64,000 bases of DNA. It comes from an uncultured Clostridia bacterium (lineage in GTDB: Bacteria > Bacillota > Clostridia > TANB77 > CAG-508). The translations under genes and the position numbers were made by a program. Numbering within the stretch: the stretch's first letter is position 1; every line of letters starts with the position of its first letter. Under the pieces are notes generated by a model. That model was not told the origin of the DNA and made no database searches. It saw only the letters and a list, made by a program, of their open reading frames with translations. Below, piece by piece: positions 20,610 through 27,685 of this stretch. The stretch lies in the NCBI GenBank assembly GCA_947626605.1, contig CANQSV010000003.1, forward strand, positions 68,356-132,355. The letters are read 5' to 3'.

Positions 20610-21557
20610 TTATTTTATAAACAAACTAAACATGTATGAAAAATATATTACACAATATATAAAACCATTTTCCCTACTTATTTTATTTTTAGGTGGTATA
20701 ATTGGTAATATAGCCAAACCAAATGTTGCTAAAATTAATATTAGCATTTCAATATTATAACTTACATTATAAATAATTGGTCTAATTAATGCTGCTGTTC
20801 CTGTTATTAATAATAAATTGAACATATTCGAACCCAATACATTTCCAATTACAATATCACTTTTACCTTTTATAGCTCCTGCTATACTTGTTACTAATTC
20901 TGGTAAGCTTGTTCCTATTGATAAAATTACAATACTCATTATTTTCTCACTTAAATTAAAAAAAGTAGCAAGCTTATATGCATTATCTACTGTTAAATCT
21001 CCTCCTAGTTTTAATAATATAATACCTATTATAACTAATAGAAAATCTTTAACTATAGTTTTATCACCTTGTTCAAAATTATTTTTGTTTTTATTAATTC
21101 TTTTCTCTTTGCTTGATATTATAATAGTAAACCACATAAACATTACAAATAAAGCAAGCAGTATAATAGCATCAATTCTAGATACACTTTTATCTATATT
21201 ACATAGAACAATAAAAATAATAGCAACTGCAAAAGACATTGGTAATTCCATTACTTTTGTTTCTTTTTTTAGATATATAGGACTAATAAATGCTGATATT
21301 CCTAAAATCATAAGTATATTAGAAATATTACTTCCTATAACATTTCCAATCGCCACATCAGAATAACCTTTTAGTGTAGATGTTATACTCAATAATAATT
21401 CTGGCATTGATGTTCCTATGGAAACAATTGTCAAACCTATTATGAATTCTGATATATTAAGCCTTTTTGCAATTTTACTTGAACCGTTTACTAATAAATT
21501 AGCTCCTTTTATTAATAATATAAAACCCAATATTATTAGTAATATTGATAGAAACAT
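20610..21557 (-). CDS. Calcium/sodium antiporter (CaCA family, YrbG-like)
   Basis: 315 aa. Duplicated alpha-repeat motifs GTSMPEL...GNVIGSNISNIL and GTSLPEL...GNVLGSNMFNLL. Confidence 0.88.
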   Translation of the reverse strand: MFLSILLIILGFILLIKGANLLVNGSSKIAKRLNISEFIIGLTIVSIGTSMPELLLSITSTLKGYSDVAIGNVIGSNISNILMILGISAFISPIYLKKETKVMELPMSFAVAIIFIVLCNIDKSVSRIDAIILLALFVMFMWFTIIISSKEKRINKNKNNFEQGDKTIVKDFLLVIIGIILLKLGGDLTVDNAYKLATFFNLSEKIMSIVILSIGTSLPELVTSIAGAIKGKSDIVIGNVLGSNMFNLLLITGTAALIRPIIYNVSYNIEMLILILATFGLAILPIIPPKNKISRENGFIYCVIYFSYMFSLFIK

Positions 21558-21731
21558 AATTATATACTCTCCTTATTTTTTTGTATAATAATTATTATTT
21601 CCATATTACTATATGTTATTTATATAGTTTGTTTCTAATTTATATTTAATTATTTCACTTAATATATTTTCTTATTTTTTCTATTAAATTTTATTTTTTG
21701 ATTCATCATATAATTTTTTATATAATTTCTA

Positions 21732-23939
21732 TTAACCTTTTATTTTTCTTAATCTTAAAGCATTTAATATAACTGTTATACTGCTTAATACCATTGCTAA
21801 GCTTGCTATCATTGGTGTAATTGAAATTCCTATAGGTTTTAATATTCCTACTGCTATTGGTATCATTAATAAATTATAAAAAAATGCCCAGAACAAATTT
21901 TGTTTAATATTTCTAATTGTTTTTTTGCTTATATTTATTAAATTGATTATACTTTTTAAATCATTTCTTGTAAGTATTACATCTGATGAATCTATTGCAA
22001 TATCTGTTCCTGTATTTACACTTACTCCAATATCACTTACAGTTAATGCTGGACTATCATTGATTCCATCTCCACACATCATTACAAATTTATTTGCTTT
22101 TTTTAGTTTATTAATCATATTTGCTTTCTCTGTTGGCAATACATTTGCAATTACTTTTGTTATTCCAAGATTGTTAGCAATTTTTTCTGCAGTTTCTTTA
22201 TTATCACCTGTAAGCATTATTGTTTGAATTTTTCTTTTATTTAACTCTGCCACAACCTCTTTTGCGTTTTCTCTTACTATATCATTTATTCCTATAATTC
22301 CAACTATTTGCTGATTTTTCACAACATACACAATGCTATTTCCATTTTCAGCTAATTTTTTTTCATCTTCTTCATGAGAATTTTCTATATTATATTTTTG
22401 AAGTATTTTTGCATTTCCAAGTAAAAAGTCATTATCATCTATTTTTGCTTTTATTCCCAATCCAGCAATATTTTCAAAATCAGATATCTTTAGTGTTTGT
22501 AATTTTTTATCTTGCAAATAATCTGTAAATGCTTTTCCTATTGGATGTGTAGATTTTGATTCTATACTTCCAACTTCTTGTATCAATTGTTCTTCTTCCA
22601 TATTACTATAATTTATAATTTTAGCTATTTTTAACTTTCCATATGTCAAAGTTCCTGTTTTATCAAATACTATTGTGTCTACTTTTTGTGCATTTTCTAA
22701 TATTTCACTTTTCTTAACTAATATTCCTTTTTCAGCACATAGTCCTTCTGCAACTACTATAGCAAGAGGAGTAGCTAAGCCTAAACTACATGGACATGCA
22801 ACTACCAATACAGTAACAAACGTAGTAAGTGCTATTTCTAGTCCCTGTCCTAAAATTAAATATACAATAAAACTTATAATAGCAATAAGCATAACTAGTG
22901 GAACAAATATCCCTGACACTTTATCTGCTATTTTGGCAATAGGTGCTTTAGTATTACTTGCTTCTACAACCAATCGTACAATTTCAGATATTGTTGATTC
23001 TTTACCTATTCTTTCTGCCTTATATTCTATATATCCATCATAATTTATACTTCCTGCAATAACTTTACTCCCAATTTCTTTTGAAACAGGTTTACTCTCT
23101 CCCGTGATAAAAGATTCATCCAAATGAGTCTTACCAACTGTTATTTCTCCATCAACTGCAATCTTATCTCCTGGTTTTGCTACTACTATATCGCCTTTAT
23201 TAATTTCATCTAAAGTTACTTTCTTTTCTTCTCCATTAATCTTAATTACAGCTGAGTTTGGTGTTATTTCTACTAATTTTTGTATTGCTTCTTTAGTTTT
23301 ATCTTTGCTAATTCCATCAATATATCTTCCTAATTTTATGAAATAAATAACTATTGCTGATGATTCAAAATATAAATTCATAACTTGATGATGATTTACT
23401 GTTAGTGCCATATACATATTATAAATACTATACAAAAAGCTAGACATTACACCTATAGCCACTAAAGTATCCATATTAGGAGTTTTATGCACTAAATTTT
23501 TATATCCATTTTTTAATATATCAAATCCATAAAATAAGAAAGCAATTGTTAAAATCAGCAAACTTGTCATGTAGATAGCTGTATTTTCATGCGGATCAAA
23601 AATTTTAATTGTTGGCAAATTAATCATATGTCCCATTGAAATATACATTAGAATAATTGCAAGTATTGTGAAAATTATAAATTTTACCTTTTCTTTCTTA
23701 TTTTTCTTTTCGGTTTTTATTTCCTTAAATTCACCTAAACTTTTAAAACCTGCTTGTTTAACAAACTCTTCTAATTTTTCAAGATTTAATATTTTTTCAT
23801 CATACTCAATACTCGCATTAGCCATTACAAGGTTAACACTTGCTTCTTTTATACCTTTTTGCTTGTTTAAGTATTTTTCTAATCCGTTAGAACAAGCTGA
23901 GCATGTCATTCCTTCAATAGATAAAATTACTTTTTTCAT
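21732..23939 (-). CDS. copA: Copper-translocating P1B-type ATPase
   Basis: 735 aa with an N-terminal MTCSAC metal-binding domain, the CPC transmembrane motif, DKTGTLT phosphorylation site, GDGINDSPAL and TGES. Confidence 0.93.
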   Translation of the reverse strand: MKKVILSIEGMTCSACSNGLEKYLNKQKGIKEASVNLVMANASIEYDEKILNLEKLEEFVKQAGFKSLGEFKEIKTEKKNKKEKVKFIIFTILAIILMYISMGHMINLPTIKIFDPHENTAIYMTSLLILTIAFLFYGFDILKNGYKNLVHKTPNMDTLVAIGVMSSFLYSIYNMYMALTVNHHQVMNLYFESSAIVIYFIKLGRYIDGISKDKTKEAIQKLVEITPNSAVIKINGEEKKVTLDEINKGDIVVAKPGDKIAVDGEITVGKTHLDESFITGESKPVSKEIGSKVIAGSINYDGYIEYKAERIGKESTISEIVRLVVEASNTKAPIAKIADKVSGIFVPLVMLIAIISFIVYLILGQGLEIALTTFVTVLVVACPCSLGLATPLAIVVAEGLCAEKGILVKKSEILENAQKVDTIVFDKTGTLTYGKLKIAKIINYSNMEEEQLIQEVGSIESKSTHPIGKAFTDYLQDKKLQTLKISDFENIAGLGIKAKIDDNDFLLGNAKILQKYNIENSHEEDEKKLAENGNSIVYVVKNQQIVGIIGINDIVRENAKEVVAELNKRKIQTIMLTGDNKETAEKIANNLGITKVIANVLPTEKANMINKLKKANKFVMMCGDGINDSPALTVSDIGVSVNTGTDIAIDSSDVILTRNDLKSIINLINISKKTIRNIKQNLFWAFFYNLLMIPIAVGILKPIGISITPMIASLAMVLSSITVILNALRLRKIKG

Positions 23940-23954
23940 ATATATAAGCTCCTT

Positions 23955-24161
23955 CTATTCTTTTATTGAATAACCTATATCATCTATCTTATCCTTTATA
24001 ACCTTTTCATCTATATCTTTATTTAAAGTCACTGTAACAGTTCCATCAACATGATTTGCAACAACTTTTTCTACTCCTTCTACTGTTTTTAATGCATTTT
24101 GCACTCTGTTCTCACATCCACTACACATCATACCTTCTACTTTAATTACTAATTCTTTCAT
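23955..24161 (-). CDS. copZ: Copper chaperone (HMA domain)
   Basis: 68 aa with the GMMCSGC metal-binding motif, directly upstream of copA. Confidence 0.9.
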   Translation of the reverse strand: MKELVIKVEGMMCSGCENRVQNALKTVEGVEKVVANHVDGTVTVTLNKDIDEKVIKDKIDDIGYSIKE

Positions 24162-24187
24162 TTTATTTCCACCTTTCTTTTTTTATT

Positions 24188-24604
24188 TTATTCTTCCAAT
24201 AAATTTTGAAATTTATTACTAAACTCTGGAGCATATTTTTTCAAATTTATTGGTTTTAAACTTTTATCTGTGAAACAATGCTTTGTTTCTCCTGTTAAAA
24301 ATAATTTGCCTGTTTCTTTATCTGTCATTTCATATCCAACTGTCATTCTAACTCCTGAATATTCTTTCATATATGCCTTAATTAATATAGTATTTCCAAA
24401 AGTAGCATGATATTTATAATTACAGCTTACACCTAATACTGGGATTGTTATTTGATTTTCTTCTAAAACTTCAAAAGGCATATCTATACTTTCTAGCCAA
24501 TAACATCTTGCTTCTTCCATAAATCTAATATAATTTGAATGATGTACTACTCCCATTTTATCTGTTTCATAATAATTAATTTTTCTTTCAAAAATAAAAC
24601 TCAC
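24188..24604 (-). CDS. Acyl-CoA thioesterase, hotdog fold (YbgC/4HBT family)
   Basis: 138 aa. N-terminal YYETDKMGVVHHSNYIRFMEEAR is the 4HBT/YbgC catalytic-Asp motif. Confidence 0.8.
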   Translation of the reverse strand: MSFIFERKINYYETDKMGVVHHSNYIRFMEEARCYWLESIDMPFEVLEENQITIPVLGVSCNYKYHATFGNTILIKAYMKEYSGVRMTVGYEMTDKETGKLFLTGETKHCFTDKSLKPINLKKYAPEFSNKFQNLLEE

Positions 24605-24619
24605 TTTTTCTCTTCCTTT

Positions 24620-24922
24620 CTATGCTTTATTAAATCTTTTAAATAAACTAATTAATTCATCTATTATTTCTAAATTTCCATCTTCCAAATCCTTTGTAAC
24701 ACAACTATATAAATGTTTTTCTAATATATGATTTGATAGACTCTTAACAGAATTTTCGATAGCCGACAGTTGAATTAAAATATCATTACAATATGCTTCT
24801 TCACTAACCATCCTTCTTATACCTTGTAATTGTCCTTCTATTCTGCTGATTCTATTATTTATAACTTTCTTTTCTTCTTCAGTTCTATGAGTTGTTTTTT
24901 TACAACATTGCTTATTATCCAT
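24620..24922 (-). CDS. csoR: CsoR family copper-sensing transcriptional repressor
   Basis: 100 aa. RISRIEGQLQGIRRMV helix plus the C...H...C ligand pattern (YCNDIL..., HILEKHLYSC). Confidence 0.88.
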   Translation of the reverse strand: MDNKQCCKKTTHRTEEEKKVINNRISRIEGQLQGIRRMVSEEAYCNDILIQLSAIENSVKSLSNHILEKHLYSCVTKDLEDGNLEIIDELISLFKRFNKA

Positions 24923-24947
24923 AAAATTATCACCTGCAAGTTATTAT

Positions 24948-24984
24948 ATACCCTTATGGGTATTTTGTAAATATGGGGGTATAT
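24948..24984 (-). promoter_or_regulatory. Putative CsoR operator(s) in the cop operon promoter
   Basis: Perfect palindrome ATACCC-TTAT-GGGTAT (24948-24963) and a second G-tract half-site TATGGGGGTATA (24972-24983), immediately upstream of csoR. This matches the GC-tract pseudo-palindromes bound by CsoR proteins. Confidence 0.55.
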
Positions 24985-25020
24985 AAAAAAAGAAAAGCAT
25001 TGTAACTTTTCTTCTAACTA

Positions 25021-25773
25021 TTATTTATTAATTATATCTTTTATTACTTCTCCTGCAATGATTAATCCTGCAACTGATGGTACAAAAGATATGCTACCAG
25101 GAACTTGATTTCTTATTGAGCATTTTCTCTTTGCATCAGGTGGACATATGCAATTATTTTTACAACTAGAATTTGAAGTCTCATCTATTTTTACAGGTTC
25201 TTCTTTAGAATACACAACCTTTAATTTTTCTATTCCTCTTGCTCGCAATTCTTTTCTCATAACTTTTGCTAAAGGACATACGCTTGTTTTATAAATATCT
25301 GTTACTTCAAACTTTGTTGGATCTAATTTATTTCCTGTTCCCATGCTAGATATTATTGGAATATTTAACTTGTTTGCTCTTATCACTAGTTCTATTTTTG
25401 CAGTAACAGTATCAACACTATCTACTACATAATCTACAGTTTCATCTAATATTTCTTTGCTATCTGGCATAAAAAATTCTTGATGTATTTCTACATTAGC
25501 ATTTGGATTTATTTCTAAAATTCTCTCTTTCGCAACATCAACTTTATTTTTTCCAACTGTATTTCTTGTTGCAATTATTTGTCTATTAAGATTTGTTAAA
25601 CAAACTTTATCATCATCTACTAAAATAAAATTTTCTATACCTGCTCTTACCAATCCTTCAACAACAAAAGAGCCAACTCCTCCAATACCAAATACAGCAA
25701 CTTTAGCTTTATTTAATTTTTCTATTCCTTCTTTTCCTATTAATAATTCTGTTCTAGAAAATTGATTTAACAT
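25021..25773 (-). CDS. tcdA: tRNA threonylcarbamoyladenosine dehydratase (ThiF/E1-like)
   Basis: 250 aa with the Rossmann motif VAVFGIGGVGSFVVEGLVRAG and the downstream VDDDKVCLTNLNRQ pattern of the TcdA/CsdL family. Confidence 0.82.
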   Translation of the reverse strand: MLNQFSRTELLIGKEGIEKLNKAKVAVFGIGGVGSFVVEGLVRAGIENFILVDDDKVCLTNLNRQIIATRNTVGKNKVDVAKERILEINPNANVEIHQEFFMPDSKEILDETVDYVVDSVDTVTAKIELVIRANKLNIPIISSMGTGNKLDPTKFEVTDIYKTSVCPLAKVMRKELRARGIEKLKVVYSKEEPVKIDETSNSSCKNNCICPPDAKRKCSIRNQVPGSISFVPSVAGLIIAGEVIKDIINK

Positions 25774-25838
25774 TTTATAAAATCTCCTTATAATCTTATT
25801 TTATAGCATTGAAGCTGTTTATGTTTATTATATAAACA

Positions 25839-26273
25839 TTATTCCTTATATATTTTTTGTAATAAAGCCTCTTCTAGTGTTTTTGAAAAGTTTATTTTCA
25901 AAGTTTCAGCTTTAGCATTAATCCATTTTGGAATATTAACTGTCTTTTTTACTAATTCCTTGCCCCATTTTTCTGCAAAAGAACTTACATCCACTGCTAT
26001 ATATGTTTTAAATTTTGAAATATACTCCCAATTTTCTATATTTAATTCTTTCTCTAATTTTTCAAATGTTATATCTTCAATTTTGCTTGATTTAGGTATT
26101 TGATTATTTTCTTCCATTTCATCAAGTACAATACCAGCAATTAAATCTTCCGCCATTGACATTGCTTCTTCTAATGTGCTACCGCAAGTAGATTTATTCT
26201 GCAAATCCGGAACAAAAACAGAATATCCTCCTTCTTTTTCCTCGTAAAACAAAACTGGATAAATTGCTTTCAT
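25839..26273 (-). CDS. hicB: Type II antitoxin HicB
   Basis: 144 aa. N-terminal HicB fold pattern (YPVLFYEEKEGGYSVFVPDL...GSTLEEAMSMAEDLI) and a C-terminal ribbon-helix-helix-like segment. RBS GGGGAGG. Lies immediately downstream of the hicA remnant. Confidence 0.8.
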   Translation of the reverse strand: MKAIYPVLFYEEKEGGYSVFVPDLQNKSTCGSTLEEAMSMAEDLIAGIVLDEMEENNQIPKSSKIEDITFEKLEKELNIENWEYISKFKTYIAVDVSSFAEKWGKELVKKTVNIPKWINAKAETLKINFSKTLEEALLQKIYKE

Positions 26274-26307
26274 AATATACCTCCCCTATATATTTTACAA
26301 GCTGAGG

Positions 26308-26491
26308 CTATTTCACCCCCGCTTGTTTCAAGATATTGTTAAGAGTTCCTTTCGGGATATCTCCTTTATGATTTGGTACTGGTATACTTCCGTTTGACTT
26401 CTTTGTGCTTATATATGTAATGCGAACCATTAGTATGATGATGATACCATCCCTTGGAGATTAACAATTTCTCTAATTCTCGAAAAGTCAT
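26308..26491 (-). pseudogene. hicA: hicA mRNA-interferase toxin gene disrupted by a 1-nt frameshift
   Basis: ATG at 26489-26491 with RBS AGGAGG (26499-26504). Frame 0 reads MTFRELEKLLISKGWYHHHTNGSHYIYKHKEVK, then RKYTSTKS-stop at 26366-26368. Shifting by one base after GTC (at the AAA run 26393-26395) gives NGSIPVPNHKGDIPKGTLNNILKQAGVK-stop (26308-26310), the canonical HicA C-terminus. Total span is 184 nt = 3n+1. Confidence 0.8.
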
Positions 26492-26513
26492 GATGATTCC
26501 TCCTAACAATTAT

Positions 26514-26542
26514 ATTATACTACGTATTCTACGTATTGTAAA
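26514..26542 (-). promoter_or_regulatory. hicAB promoter with tandem TACGTA-containing repeats in the spacer
   Basis: On the minus strand, TTTACA (26537-26542), a 17-bp spacer, then TATAAT (26514-26519). The spacer is ATACGTAG-AATACGTAG, two direct repeats each containing the palindrome TACGTA. Confidence 0.65.
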
Positions 26543-26609
26543 CAGTTTTTTATTTTTTCTTGATATTGTTGAAGATTATATTTTTATAACATCTCTTCTG
26601 TTTTTGTTT

Positions 26610-26663
26610 GCGGGTCGTCAGTGCTGAGGCTGTTAAGGTTTCGCCTGCTGGACGCCGACCCCT
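26610..26663. other. Isolated GC-rich imperfect hairpin in an AT-rich spacer
   Basis: GCGGGTCGTCAGTGCTGAGGC-tgttaaggtttc-GCCTGCTGGACGCCGACCCC. Pairings are GGGTCG/CGACCC, TC/GA, CAG/CTG and AGGC/GCCT. About 60% GC against ~20% in the flanks. No convincing ORF. Confidence 0.5.
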
Positions 26664-26695
26664 ACAGATATTTCATATATTATAGTATCTCATAT

Positions 26696-26848
26696 AATTT
26701 TCTATGTTTTTTCGTAGCGAGCTTGTGTGGGGACCGACTAGTTAGAAACAGTTAAGAAAATATCGAAGCAATCGCTAGCGAAATTGCAAGAATATTTTCT
26801 ATACGGTTTCTACTAGTTGGGACGAGCGAGAAAAAAGCATAGAAAATT
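26696..26848. repeat. Palindromic repeat element, copy 1 (114-nt conserved core 26716-26829 inside a copy-specific outer inverted repeat)
   Basis: The core is 111/114 identical to 42413-42526. The outer IR is AATTTTCTATGTTTTTTC (26696-26713) / GAAAAAAGCATAGAAAATT (26830-26848). There are nested internal stems. Confidence 0.9.
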
Positions 26849-26854
26849 TTAGCA

Positions 26855-26897
26855 TGAAAAAAAGAAAATTAGAAATGCAAATTCTAATTTTCTTTTT
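26855..26897 (-). terminator. Rho-independent terminator of dprA
   Basis: Hairpin AGAAAATTAGAA-atgcaa-ATTCTAATTTTCT, followed on the minus strand by a T7 run. Confidence 0.75.
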
Positions 26898-26972
26898 ATA
26901 AAATTCAAGGGGATATTTGTGCTAATTCTTATTAGTACATTTTTAATATATTAGTTATACCTTAAAAAATCA

Positions 26973-27617
26973 TTAAAATTCTTCTAAAATATCAGATATA
27001 TTTTGTACTAATTTTGCACCTTCTTTTATTAAATTATTTGTGCCTATCGAGTTTGAAGAATTGATATTTCCTGGTACTACGAATATGTTTTTTCCTTGGT
27101 CTAATGCAAAATCTACTGTTATAAGTGTTCCACTTTTTTCTTTAGCTTCAATTACTAACACACCATCTGATATGGCACTTATAATACGGTTTCTTGCAGG
27201 AAAATGATATTTTAATGGCTTAGTTCCTAAAGGATATTCAGATATTATTAAGCCTCCTTCTTTTATAATTTTATCATATAACCACTTATTTTCTTCTGGA
27301 TAAACTATATCTAATCCAGAGCCTATAACAGCAATAGTTTTTCCTCCAGCCTCTATACAAGCATTATGTGAAAAACTATCTATTCCTTTTGCTAAACCGC
27401 TAACTATAACTATATCTTTTTTAGCTAATTCCGATGCAAAATAATTTGCACAACTTCTACCATATTCGCTATAATTTCTGCATCCAATTATTGCAATTTT
27501 AGTTTTATTTAAAAGACTATAATCTCCTGCTATATATAATTTTATTGGTGGATCAAATATATTTTTTAAACTTTCCGGATATTCTTTATCAAAAATAGAA
27601 ATCTCTTTAAAATTCAT
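26973..27617 (-). CDS. dprA: DNA-processing protein DprA, minimal Rossmann-fold-only form
   Basis: 214 aa with YPESLKNIFDPPIKLYIAGD, IAIIGCRNYSEYG, VSGLAKGIDSFSHNA and GSGLDIVYPEEN, then the GTLITVDFALDQGKNIFVVPG motifs. It lacks the N-terminal SAM-like and C-terminal winged-helix extensions. Confidence 0.85.
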   Translation of the reverse strand: MNFKEISIFDKEYPESLKNIFDPPIKLYIAGDYSLLNKTKIAIIGCRNYSEYGRSCANYFASELAKKDIVIVSGLAKGIDSFSHNACIEAGGKTIAVIGSGLDIVYPEENKWLYDKIIKEGGLIISEYPLGTKPLKYHFPARNRIISAISDGVLVIEAKEKSGTLITVDFALDQGKNIFVVPGNINSSNSIGTNNLIKEGAKLVQNISDILEEF

Positions 27618-27685
27618 CTTTTTTCTCCTCCCTTACATAAAAAGAGAGCTATTTAGTTAGCTCTCTTTCTTTTTACTTTTCTCGT

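Noticed and set aside
26716-26829. Possible twister-like self-cleaving ribozyme. The minus strand of the repeat core contains CGGUCCCCACACAAGC, reminiscent of the twister block GGUCCCAAGCCC.
   Set aside because: The other invariant twister nucleotides and the two pseudoknots could not be located, and the block has a 4-nt insertion. The resemblance is probably coincidental, and a covariance-model search would settle it.
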